A stretch of 63,970 bases of DNA, filler included, from Octopus bimaculoides (GCF_001194135.2; 7 parts of 7 records of this genome joined end to end with filler, not necessarily neighbours in it), one strand, 5' to 3'; positions 48,836-61,182 are shown, counted from the whole stretch's first letter. Translations and numbers: made by a program. The notes: generated by a model from the letters alone, not told the origin.

Positions 48836-49378
48836 AGGAGCGGCTGTGTGGTAAGTAGCTTGCTTACCAACCACATGGTTCCGGGTTCAGTCCCACTGCA
48901 TGGCACCTTGGCTATAGTAGAAGACACTTGCCTATCTTCTACTATAGCCTCGGGCCGACCAAATCCTTAAAAGTGGATTTGGTAGACGGAAACTGAAAGA
49001 AGCCCGTCGTATATATGTATATGTATATATATATATATNNNNNNNNNNNNNNNNNNNNNNNNNNNNNNNNNNNNNNNNNNNNNNNNNNNNNNNNNNNNNN
49101 NNNNNNNNNNNNNNNNNNNNNNNNNNNNNNNNNNNNNNNNNNNNNNNNNNNNNNNNNNNNNNNNNNNNNNNNNNNNNNNNNNNNNNNNNNTGTGTGTGTG
49201 TGTGTGTTTGTGTGTCTGTGTTTGTTCCCCCAACATCGCTTGACAACCAGCGGTTCGGCAAAAGAGACCGATAGAATAAGTACTAGGCTTACAAAGAATA
49301 ACTCCTGGAGTCGATTTGCTCGACTAAAGGCGGTGCTCCAGCATGGCCGCAGTCAAATGACTGAAACAAGTAAAAGAA
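48836..49378 (+). mobile_element. Full-length SINE family B (internal TA/TG microsatellite spans an N gap), preceded by a degenerate SINE A at ~48695-48825
   Basis: Head ggctgtgtggtaagtagcttgcttaccaaccacatggttccgggttcagtccc; tail ggtgctccagcatggccgcagtcaaatgactgaaacaagtaaaag. Confidence 0.9.
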
Positions 49379-49558
49379 AAACATCATTATCTATTCTAAT
49401 AATATTCTTGTGCTTTTCTCCGTCACAACATATGAATGAGAAAGGAAGAAGTGGTGGAGGAATAAGGAAGGAAGGGCTGATGGCAAACTGGCAGTGGGAG
49501 TGTTTCAACGCTGTGTGAGTATATGTGGGTGTATGTAAAAGAGAGCTATGTGAATGTT

Positions 49559-49606
<48 letters not shown>

Positions 49607-49904
49607 CGTGCGCAATCGAAGTGGGATGGTGAACATTCGATGCTGAAAAGAAAAATCAGATAGTGTTTCAACTCTGTGTGAGTATATGTGTGTATGTGTA
49701 CAAGGGAAGTATGTGAATATTTGTATGTGTGAACCAGCGTTCTTTCAGTAACAAACGATGATCGATGTCACATCTCAAAAGACAACCACCAGATAACATT
49801 GACAAGTGTATTAATTTGATTTACCATTCATATTTATATATATAAAATACTCCAATTAGTCGTCATTTTTGGCGGCACGGGGCGAGCTAATCTTATAATA
49901 ATTC

Positions 49905-50492
49905 TGTTTGTTATTTCGTTATTTAGCTCGTGGGTAACGCTTTCACGTGATCAAAGAAGAGGCATAAAAAGACGGAGAGAGGAAAAGAGGAAGAGTGATA
50001 CGTCCATGGCGTGAGGTAGAGGGANNNNNNNNNNNNNNNNNNNNNNNNNNNNNNNNNNNNNNNNNNNNTTAATTAATTAANNNNNNNNNNNNNNNNNNNN
50101 NNNNNNNNNNNNNNNNNNNNNNNNGTATAAATGCTCACGTGTTACTGACTCTTTCTATCTGCTGTAATATCTCACATACACATACATGTATCACTCACAT
50201 ACACACTTTTCTTTGTACGACGGCCTGTCTTTGATTATGTTATTATATGTCGCATTCACATTCACACTCAGACATACACTTTTATGCAACAATAAATATC
50301 TCTGTTATTCATCTCATACGGTTGTGGTCTTTCATTACTGGTCATCTATGTTATCGTAGTATAACATATTTGTATATCATCTCTGATACATTATTTTGTG
50401 TTCGACCGTGTGACACGTTTAAATAAAAGGAGTCCTCTGTTTTTCCATTCGTCACCATTTCTCCTTTTTGAGTTCGCACGGTCGTTCTTACA
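49905..50492 (+). mobile_element. Possible solo LTR (spans a gap)
   Basis: It begins TGT.., contains gtataaat and two aataaa motifs, and ends ..ttcttaCA. No matching TSD was found. Confidence 0.35.
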
Positions 50493-51407
50493 TATATATA
50501 TGTTTAATTTGTTCACCGAACACTGCCGCGAATTCACCCTTGTTTTTCAAAAATCCTCCCTAAATCACAAATAAGGGTAGGAAATGTGCCCTATTTTTCA
50601 AATCCTGGCAGCAATACTGAAGTTGGAAACAGGATAATAATCTAATTCTACACTTTATCATATTCAAGAATATAAACACGTTTTTGAGCACAACACACGC
50701 GGAGTAAAAAAGAAACATTACCTTTCGCCGGAACACCGGGGTAGGCACTCTCGGGAACGCAGTGCTCTCTCTCCCTAGCGTGAAGCTTCCTATCTCGGAC
50801 ATGCGAGCATGCGTACAATAGCCAAACACTACGTCGCTGAAACTGTGAAGTACACAGTTCTCGACAAGGATTTTTGTATTTTATTCATAAACTAGGGGAT
50901 GGCTACTCACATTAAGCTTAAGGTTTATATAATGTACAAGTATAAAGAAAGAATTAAAGAAAAAGGACTCATTATATTGAATGTTACCGATAATATCGAG
51001 TGGAAATAGAGGGTGCTGCAGTTCCGCAGTGCCTGTACACGAACTGCCACCTATCGGGATGATCTTAATTAAACAACTATGGCAACAAGATGATATCTTT
51101 AGAGCAATTTTAACTTTTTCAAAAAATTGACTTCGTTGTCAATACTTTCCAAATCTTTTTTTTATGAGTTGCCTCCCTTCTACTTCGTAAGGTTCAATTA
51201 AGAATCGTTACCTCATCTTGATACACGTATAGTTTCGATTAATTAAAGAGATTTTGTCCAACACATTAAATATCTAGGTACATATTTCACTATTCATCTT
51301 GTTATTGAGGTCATTGTCAGAATCTGTTACAAATTTTTCTTTTTATTCTTACCATTTTCTCATCTATCTCCTCATTTAAAACACATTTTTGATGTTTATT
51401 ATTCCCT

Positions 51408-51815
51408 GAGGCGGTCAGCTGGCGGAATTGTTAGCGCGCTGTGTAAAATGCTGAGCAGCACTTCTTCCAGTTCTATACGTTCTGAGTTCAAATCCTGCCG
51501 TGGTCAATTTTGCTTTTCCTTCTTTCGGGGGTTCATAAAATACCAGTTAAGTGCTGGGGACGATAGTATTGACGTACACCCAGCTCCTCTGAAATTTCTA
51601 GCTTCTGTGGAAAAAAAAAGTTGCTTATCATTCAAATTGATTTCAAATTTCACCGAGGTCAGCTTTGTCTTTCATTCTTCCGGGATCGATAAAAATACAT
51701 CAACCCAGAATACTGGATTGGGCGGAACTATAAGAACATCAAACCGGATTCCCTGCAGTATTTGCCCCAGTTCTTTGCGTTCTGAGTTCAAATTCTGTTG
51801 TAGTATTCATAGGTG
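51408..51815 (+). mobile_element. Cluster of 2-3 tandem degenerate SINE A copies
   Basis: Repeated ttctgagttcaaat and gtcagctttgtctttcatt..gatcgataaaaata segments. Confidence 0.8.
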
Positions 51816-51976
51816 ATAGATGTAATCTGTCACCCGTTTAACACAACCATCTCACTTCTTTGAGGCCTTTAGCGGGACTCACTCTCGTAAGCATTAGGAT
51901 CGTCAATTACAAACATTCGGACTCGGTTTGAATATTATCCACCTCACCTCTCATCGGTCTCGGAGACTCTGTAAAG

Positions 51977-52290
51977 CGATGGTTTTCAACCGTTTCTTTT
52001 TTCTACTTATTGACCTTTTTGATTTCTATTTTACTCTAGTGGGTCACTCGAAGTTTAAAACTAAATTTAGAGATGCCCTTTCCAAATTACTGTTTTGTTT
52101 TTCCGCACATTCACTTGTGTAGTTTGAACTATATAAAATGTTAAAGAAAGAAACTGAGCTATTTCTTCCAATGAATACATCGAAAGCAAAACTTTTTCAT
52201 GGAATTTTAATATACTACTGTGGGTCTTCAAGAATCTTATACGAACCTCCCCTACCGAGGTGTCATATGGACCCTGGTTGAGAACCATTG
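51977..52290. mobile_element. hAT MITE (314 bp) with degenerate 8-bp TSD
   Basis: TIRs cgatggttttcaacc and ggttgagaaccattg (13/15). Flanks ctgtaaag and caggaaag (6/8). Confidence 0.8.
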
Positions 52291-52477
52291 CAGGAAAGGG
52301 TTACGGAAACTGTCGTTCTTCCCTGTAAAAGATTAAAAAAAAATCATTTTCAGATTTCTTTGATTCTTGCTATTTTCCCACTCTTTCTTTACACAAAACA
52401 CCTTTGTATTCATAACATTATTTTTATAAATGGATGTTTACACTTCCCCTCGCCATATTTCTTCATATAAATTGCGT

Positions 52478-52622
52478 AGGCGGCGAATTGGCATGGTACT
52501 TGTTCTTTCTATTTGCGCGTTCTGAGTTCAAATCACGCCGAGATTAACTTTGCCTTTCCTCTTTCCAGGGTCGATAAAATAAAGTATAGGTCTAGAGAAA
52601 GGGAACTGGTCATCCGATTTAA
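52478..52622 (+). mobile_element. SINE A, partial
   Basis: Contains aggcggcgaattggca..ttctgagttcaaatcacgccgag..gggtcgataaaataaagt. Confidence 0.85.
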
Positions 52623-53995
52623 CACCACTACGTAACCTTCAAATCCTTTACTGGAGGAGGTAATCTTGTTGAAAACATTCGGGTTAGTCCTCTGATTTGA
52701 GGATATATTACCATCCCTCCCGACCACAATCATAGAGGTCCTGTAAAGACCATGAGCAGTGCCCTTTCTTCTTGAATAAGCAGAGATCTTTGCTCTACTT
52801 TATTTGTCTCTTCATTTTGTATTTAACCATACTATCTTGAAATAGAGACTGACACATTGCATAATATTGTTATAGATACTATTGAAAAGAAAAGATGAGC
52901 ACGTGTGGAACGCCTTTGATCATAAATCTGTTCGATTTGAGTTGGTCAGGGGCTAAGCAACAACAACAACAACAACAACAACAGTAGTAGTAGTGACAAC
53001 AACTGAATGTAGCCAGAGGCAGAATATCAAGTAAGCTCGTCTGTTCTTTTTTCTTCCTCCTGTTCACGACTGTGAAGGATTCCTCCACTCTATCTTTCTC
53101 TGTCACTGGTATTACCACTTCTGCACTCTGTTCTTTACTTTCCTTCTCTCCCTCTTCGTTTTCCTTCTGAGAGCATTGTATTTTCATGCGCCCTTTTTTA
53201 ACGCATAGGAAGCATGTTGGCGGTCTTCCTTCTACTACTATTACTACTCGAAGTCTGGTGTCTTCCGGGAGTATGATTTTCTCTGTGATGCCATACAGAT
53301 CTTTTAAACTCTCCTGTATGGCCATCTCGAGGCCATCTCGAGGCCATACCCCCACCACTTGACCTTTTTGGTCCTCGTTATCTCCAGGATTTTCACCTCA
53401 TCTTCAATACCGCGCATCACGGCTGCCATCAGCCATGCTTCCCCCATTTCAGGGGGAACTCCGCCAACTCTCACTCCGGCAATGTGCTTGCCACAGCACA
53501 TCGGCAGAAGTACTCATTCCGGCGTCCCATCGGCACAGTGGAGCGGCCCACGGCATCCTCCTCGCTGCCAAACCCACCGTGCTGTACCCTCCTCCACATG
53601 TACAAAAGTGGTCAACCTTTTAACATTTTCGAGGTACCTCTCCATTCCGTTCGAGGACGCGGACAACGTCCTGCAAGCCACCGCTCTCCTTGCCACATCA
53701 CATCTCAATTCCTCTCGAGGAACCAGCCCTAGACCGGCTCCCTCCTCTTCCAGCAACTCGCCTCCTTCCCTCCACCCTCGCGGCCCAATCCCTACTTCCC
53801 ACACCTCCAATGTGTTGGCATCCACACCCTGGGCTGCCGTCGCTGCGCAACCCCGTCCACCCTCTATCCCCCTTCTCCCCGCCTCTCCCACAGATGAGGG
53901 ACAAACAGATTCAAATAACATAACAAAACAGTGACAAAATGCAACAACCTAAACAATTCAACAAATCTCGGCACACCCACACGGGGAGACCCTCA
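52623..53995 (-). mobile_element. 5' part of a non-LTR retrotransposon (Tx1/L1-like): gag-like ORF1 with zinc knuckle
   Basis: ORF pieces 53921-53514, 53501-53304 and 53358-52879 join into one protein containing 'VRVGGVPPEM', 'VVIVVEGRPPTCFLCVKKGRMKIQC' (CX2CX4HX4C with H>R) and a K/E-rich tail. An 11-bp duplication (ggccatctcga x2, 53320-53341) explains the frameshift. Confidence 0.7.
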
Positions 53996-53999
53996 ACAA

Positions 54000-55474
54000 A
54001 TATGATATAACAATGTGTAACAACTCGCACTTACACTAAAGAAAAACACCAACATTAATCTGCGATTTTTCATCTCTCGCTCTCAGTCAAACACTTATAC
54101 GATTTCGGCTAATCCATTCTCACAAGGGGTGTCATGATTCTCGCCATAACATCTCCGCTTTTGAGATTTGACTTCTGTAGGAAGTGCAAATTGTTTATTT
54201 AATTCTATTCTATTTTGTTTCATCACCACCTCTCCTTTTTGAGATTTTAATTTCCTCAGAAGTTTTACTACTTCTTTCGCTTAGAGGCTATTTCTAGTCG
54301 TTCTGTTTGTTTACGCTTTCTATTGCTGATCCGCCTAGGTTCAACCTCTTTTGACGTTGGAACATTGAACAACTCATAAAAAACTTCTATCGGTATTCCT
54401 TCTCTTTCTTCGGTATGTCTAGTCTTCAACTGGTTGAAATGTCGTTTGTGCTCTCCTATTTGACCTTTTATTATGTACATAATGTTGCCTATTCATTTCG
54501 TCAATATACCGTCCTCCCAACCTTGTCTTCCATTCTATATATTTTGAAATGAACTTTATCTCCCACCTTAAAATACTTTGTTGTGTTTCTTGGGTTCTCC
54601 CTGTAAGCTTTTTTTGTAGGTAATAATTTATCAAAATTTGATTTTATCTTCCGTGCAAACATTAACTCCTCGGGAACTTGCCTGAACAGGTGTTCGGATT
54701 AGGTATTACTCTGTAAACCCTTAAGAATTGAGTTAGTGCAGCATCATTGCCTTATTCATTTCCTGATTTGTTTTTAGTTCTCGCTTCAACCTTTCTGCTT
54801 GACCATTTGATCTCGAGTGGCACGATAGAGTAGAGATGTGATTGATTGCATAAATCTCACAGAAATGTTAAAATTCGTACCCCCAAAACTTATCCGATAC
54901 TATGGTGTCCGGGACACCGTATCGCGCAAAAAGTTCGTGAAGGAGCCTTATCGTTACCTTCGAGGTTAGTTGACTACATTTACTTATCTCCGGCCACTTG
55001 GTACAGCTGTCTACTATGATTAGATATTACGCGTCGTTTGCCAGTCCAACAAGATCTATACGTAGCCTGGACCTGGGACTGACTGTCTTAGGTCACGACT
55101 GGAATTTCATCGGTGGTGACTTTGCTGCGAGAGCATAACCTCTACAGAACTTCACCAATTGTTCAATATCACAGTCCACAGTAGGCCACTACATTGTAAT
55201 TCCTCATTACTGATTTCATTCTTGAAATCCCTGGGTGTCCCATATGAAATTCATTTAATACACGCTTTTGTAGTGCGGCTGGCACTACAACTCTTTGTGC
55301 GTACATCAACGCATTATCACACAGAGAAAAAAATTGGTTCGCGTTTGTGTTACGTATATATTTATTTTCTTTTACCTTCATTGTTTCTTTCATCTTTGCA
55401 ATGAATTTGTCATTCTCTGATTTCAATTTTATATCTTGAACAGTTAGTGGCAGCTCCCGAATGACATTACACAA
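54000..55474 (-). mobile_element. Ty3/Gypsy LTR retrotransposon remnant (RNaseH-integrase linker, integrase, possible PPT and 3' LTR)
   Basis: Reads 'RVVVPAALQKRVLNEFHMGHPGISRMKS.MR', 'SRLRIDL.G..YLIIVDSCTKWPE..LFARYGVPDTIVSD' and 'PEELMFARKIKSNFDKLLP'. Purine tracts precede TG at ~54230 and ~54150. Confidence 0.9.
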
Positions 55475-55489
55475 AATAGTTTTTAGGTA

Positions 55490-55860
55490 CTACTCAAGCA
55501 GAGCGGACCCGAACGCGCAGTCGCGCATCCGCGCTAGCTAGTCGTGAGTGGTCGATCCTACGAAAAGTGCGCGCGCGCGCAAATGAATACATGTGTGCGC
55601 ATGCGCGCGTATGCAAATTAGTAAATAATTTCTTTTAAACAAAGTAAATAATTTTTTTAAAATTACTTTTTTCTTTTCTAAACAACGTAGATAGGTAGAA
55701 GGAATAAAAATAACACACTATCTGTTTTTGTTAACTTCATACATTTTTTTCTTTTAATTAAATTTTGTGAACAAAATAATTTTTATTTTCTAAACAACGT
55801 AAAATAAATTTTAAAAAAGGTGCACATTGGGATTAGACACTGAGGGAAACTTGATATGCT
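55490..55860. mobile_element. Possible Helitron/Helentron-type terminus with a GC-rich hairpin
   Basis: A stem-loop gcgga..cgcg-cagt-cgcg..tccgc (55503-55532) is followed by CTAGCTAG|T. It truncates the Gypsy remnant, and an AT-rich subrepeat region follows. Confidence 0.3.
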
Positions 55861-56149
55861 AGANNNNNNNNNNNNNNNNNNNNNNNNNNNNNNNNNNNNN
55901 NNNNNNNTTAATTAATTAANNNNNNNNNNNNNNNNNNNNNNNNNNNNNNNNNNNNNNNNNNNNTATATATATATAAATATATATATATGTATGTATGTAC
56001 ATATATCCATGAATATATACATAGGATGTGTATGTATCTATGTATCTATGTATCTATGTATCTGTGGGTGTGCGTACATGTGTATGTGTGTGTGCATGTG
56101 TGTGTGTGTGCACGTGCATGCGTGTATGTATGTTTGTAGGTATGATGTA

Positions 56150-56330
56150 TTTCTCTCGTTTCTGTGTTTCCTCATCTAACCTTCCTGTAAAAGAGCGTAG
56201 GCTCGAAACGTTAAAGTGTTCTTCGAATTTTCCTGAGTGTCAAATTAATACACCGTGTTTGTTTCTGTTTCTTTTTCCACGTCTTCATCTTTTTTTATAT
56301 TCTCGAACCCCCAGACACACACACGCACAC
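56150..56330 (+). mobile_element. Probable Penelope-like terminal remnant
   Basis: The motif cctgtaaaagagcgtaggctcgaaacgtt (56184-56212) resembles the PLE terminal CTGAAGAG..CTCGAAACG motif. Confidence 0.35.
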
Positions 56331-56772
56331 ACACGCACCCACATGTATATTCTTACACATTTTATTGCTCTCCTTCTTTTCTATCAATTCTGACCAGCAA
56401 CAAAAATATTCCTGGAATTGCAGCTAAGTACATAATAACACCTACCGCCTTACGACCTTCTATACAACTAACTGGAAACAAACTTCCGCTAATATGTCTA
56501 AGAAGATATTAAACAACTGGCCCTATACAGACTGTTTGCACAAGATGGTCTATTACATTAGCCCATTCTGTTTTATAATATTTGTCCAGAACAAAATACA
56601 CTGACTGTTGAACGGCTGGTCATAGAGATGACCCAAAAAACCAATTGGATTGTGAAGAACAATGACATAAATCACACACATCTCTGCTTTTATTCTTTCT
56701 TTTGTTTGTTCCGTTATGGACTTTGCTTCTTTCTCTCTCTCTTTCACACTTCTGTTCATGCTCATTCCTTGC

Positions 56773-56818
<46 letters not shown>

Positions 56819-57650
56819 NNNNNNNNNNNNNNNNNNNNNNNNNNNNNNNNNNNNNNNNNNNNNNNNNNNNNNNNNNNNNNNNNNNNNNNNNNNNNNNNNN
56901 NNNNNNNNNNNNNNNNNNNNNNNNNNNNNNNNNNNNNNNNNNNNNNNNNNNNNNNNNNNNNNNNNNNNNNNNNNNNNNNNNNNNNNNNNNNNNNNNNNNN
57001 NNNNNNNNNNNNNNNNNNNNNNNNNNNNNNNNNNNNNNNNNNNNNNNNNNNNNNNNNNNNNNNNNNNNNNNNNNNNNNNNNNNNNNNNNNNNNNNNNNNN
57101 NNNNNNNNNNNNNNNNNNNNNNNNNNNNNNNNNNNNNNNNNNNNNNNNNNNNNNNNNNNNNNNNNNNNNNNNNNNNNNNNNNNNNNNNNNNNNNNNNNNN
57201 NNNNNNNNNNNNNNNNNNNNNNNNNNNNNNNNNNNNNNNNNNNNNNNNNNNNNNNNNNNNNNNNNNNNNNNNNNNNNNNNNNNNNNNNNNNNNNNNNNNN
57301 NNNNNNNNNNNNNNNNNNNNNNNNNNNNNNNNNNNNNNNNNNNNNNNNNNNNNNNNNNNNNNNNNNNNNNNNNNNNNNNNNNNNNNNNNNNNNNNNNNNN
57401 NNNNNNNNNNNNNNNNNNNNNNNNNNNNNNNNNNNNNNNNNNNNNNNNNNNNNNNNNNNNNNNNNNNNNNNNNNNNNNNNNNNNNNNNNNNNNNNNNNNN
57501 NNNNNNNNNNNNNNNNNNNNNNNNNNNNNNNNNNNNNNNNNNNNNNNNNNNNNNNNNNNNNNNNNNNNNNNNNNNNNNNNNNNNNNNNNNNNNNNNNNNN
57601 NNNNNNNNNNNNNNNNNNNNNNNNNNNNNNNNNNNNNNNNNNNNNNNNNN

Positions 57651-57695
<45 letters not shown>

Positions 57696-58826
57696 ATTGT
57701 AAACATATAGAGAGTTACACTAAAACATGGCGCTTCTTTCGCCGCAATGCGACCGATTACCAAAACGAGAATGAACGTGGAGTTGCTAAATTTGCTTCAA
57801 CCTTGAAGAAATTGAAATACTGACCTGTCTACCGAATCAGAGAAAATTACTTTTAGAAACATTTTATATATTTTTATCTCCTACCTTCGTTTGATAATGT
57901 GAAAGAACCTTCAATCCCAGACCCACCGTTTTTACGCCAAAGTTAGTAAAACTTCACTTATCTCAGTTACAAAGAGATCGATTATGCACTCTCAAATTTA
58001 CTGTAAAATCAAATATATTTACTTTGGTTTCAATCAATTTTAAATTAAACTTCCTTATTTGACGTTTGTAAATAAACAGTTTCAATAAAAATCGATCAAG
58101 TCTTTAATTTGTTGTTTGTTTACTATATATGGTGCTCTCGTAGTAATAACATTCGGCTCAAATATAAAGTGGATATATTTTCATCCCTTTACGTTTCCAG
58201 TTCGAATACTGTTAGCTTTGAATTTGTTCTATGTTGTCTCAGTTCTTCAGAAATATACTTAAAGTAATGTGATTATAATGCACTGATGTGAAACGTAATT
58301 TCAAAACAGTCTGTCTACAAATATGAAGACATTGAAAGTAGACATTAAAAGTAACTGGAACTAAACTGAATATTACAAAACTAAAATATGATATAACTAC
58401 ACAAGCACCAGGGGAGAGTAACTACTAAGAATTGAGCTTATAACAATAATATTCCCAATTGAAAATGAGTTTTGTCTTCGCTTCCTCTAAAATTAAAGCT
58501 TCGTGGAATTTGATTTTCGATGTTATATCGAACCCNNNNNNNNNNNNNNNNNNNNNNNNNNNNNNNNNNNNNNNNNNNNNNNNNNNNNNNNNNNNNNNNN
58601 NNNNNNNNNNNNNNNNNNNNNNNNNNNNNNNNNNNNNNNNNNNNNNNNNNNNNNNNNNNNNNNNNNNNNNNNNNNNNNNNNNNNNNNNNNNNNNNNNNNN
58701 NNNNNNNNNNNNNNNNNNNNNNNNNNNNNNNNNNNNNNNNNNNNNNNNNNNNNNNNNNNNNNNNNNNNNNNNNNNNNNNNNNNNNNNNNNNNNNNNNNNN
58801 NNNNNNNNNNNNNNNNNNNNNNNNNN

Positions 58827-58863
<37 letters not shown>

Positions 58864-59080
58864 CATGTGCTATGTTTTCCCTTCTGATTATTTTATATAT
58901 GTGGGGTGAGTGCAAAAAATATACCTACAGCAATAACTTAACATAGGCTGCGACAGAAAAAAAAAGGCTCCTGTATCCTAAATAGCCATTGGTGCCCACC
59001 GTGACATGGATGTTGAAATTTTTATCAAGTGGGGTGAATGGGAGACACTTTTGTCGGACCTTGTAAATGTACACGCAAAA

Positions 59081-59380
59081 TGTGGCTAGGTCCTAAACGT
59101 TAGGTGTTTCAGCTCACGAGCATAAGGCCGTGAGTTGGATGCCCGGTGATGCGTAGTGTCCTTGAGCAAGACACTTTATTTCGCGTTGCTCCAGTCGTCT
59201 CAGATTGCGAAAACTTTGTTGTACCTGTAACTGAAAGGGTCAGCATTGTCATTCTATCACATTCGAAGGGTAAGCGTATCTGTGGAGTGCTCAGCCACTT
59301 GTACGTTAATTTTACGAGCAGGTAGTTCTGTTCCTTGGATCAGCTGGATCACTCACCGTCGTCAACGACGGAGAACCAGT
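59081..59380 (+). mobile_element. tRNA-derived SINE family C
   Basis: Colinear homologue of 26458-26773. Confidence 0.85.
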
Positions 59381-59990
59381 ATATGCAATATGCGAATATA
59401 ACAGACTACTATAATCCATTTACTGAACATTCAATGATACAAACAAGGTACGACAAATGAATCTGTCGCATTTGTTATCACTTCCGCCCAGGTTGCATCC
59501 GGCAGAGCAAAATATGACCAAAGAATCTCCAAGCGTGACCAGCGAACGTTTGAGCTTTTCTTCCTAGAAGTACTACCAAGTACTAAATAAACCAATATGT
59601 CCTTCCTTTCGAAAACAGTAGTTGCATATTCCCATAGAGATTTTAGTTACGATTTCTACAATATCAAGCGGCTAACTAAACGCTCCTTTGTTGGATCGAT
59701 ATATATGTCGCCTATACACCCTGTAACAATAACACCGTCTGACGTGAGCCCAGAGGACCTCTTTTCATATGTAATTATATTTTATTATTTTGTATGAATT
59801 AGTGACAAATAATACCAATTACAGGACTTTGTCTCTTGCTTATAGAATCGTATCATAGTACATAATTTAGTTATCAAATATATGAATATATATGAAAAAA
59901 TATATAATATATTCATGTATGTATATATTATATATTCACACGTATGTATGTAGGTATGTATACGTGTAAGTACATATGTATATATGTATG

Positions 59991-60043
<53 letters not shown>

Positions 60044-60269
60044 NNNNNNNNNNNNNNNNNNNNNNNNNNNNNNNNNNNNNNNNNNNNNNNNNNNNNNNNN
60101 NNNNNNNNNNNNNNNNNNNNNNNNNNNNNNNNNNNNNNNNNNNNNNNNNNNNNNNNNNNNNNNNNNNNNNNNNNNNNNNNNNNNNNNNNNNNNNNNNNNN
60201 NNNNNNNNNNNNNNNNNNNNNNNNNNNNNNNNNNNNNNNNNATATGTACATATATATATATATATGTCT

Positions 60270-60319
<50 letters not shown>

Positions 60320-61143
60320 GAGGAAAAATAAACACACACAGACATGTACTCCCGTCTGCGCTTGTGTTTCGTTTAACTATAGGTTTTTTTTCGTTTATAC
60401 GGCTTTATTTCTTATTGTTTATTGCCACAGAAATATAACACACACACACACACACACACATATACACCCACACAGACAGAGAAACACACAAGTATGAAAG
60501 TGTAGTTACATTTGTTGCACATAATGGAAAATATTTTGTGAATTGCATTTATAAACATTCATAATACGTTTTATATGCGCTTTATATTCGCATAATTTGA
60601 TAAGAACTTTATGTATTATACGACCATAAAAAAGGAGACACCATTTCTGGACGGTATTCATTCCTTTAAAACTGATATAAGCATAAACAATACATATACT
60701 CAACACACACATAGATACACACACACAAAAATCCACATATACATATATATACACACACATACGTACGTACATACATGTGTGTCTGTTCGGGCACGCGCGT
60801 GTGTGTGCGGGGTGGTGGTGTGTGTGCGTTCAGTTTGTACGCGATGATAAACTCTGAGTAATTATCATTACTGACTTGAAATCGGTTTTATTCATCTGTA
60901 AGTCATAATGGACGGCAAAGGAGTCACGTGGTCAGTGTTAACCAATCAAAATGTGAAGTTCCGTTCCGTCGCCATCATGTATTGTAAGAGTTTGTTTTTT
61001 CCCAACAGCAATATCAACCAGAGAGAGAAAGCATTTGTGAAACAAAATGGCTTGACAGAAATTTTAACACTCGCACACTCGTATGAAGTTTACACACTTA
61101 TTGAATATTTACTCCTCTTTCTCATACATACATACATACATAT

Positions 61144-61182
<39 letters not shown>

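Noticed and set aside
26458-59380. tRNA genes
   Set aside because: A/B-box-like heads are all attached to SINE bodies, and no complete cloverleaf was found.
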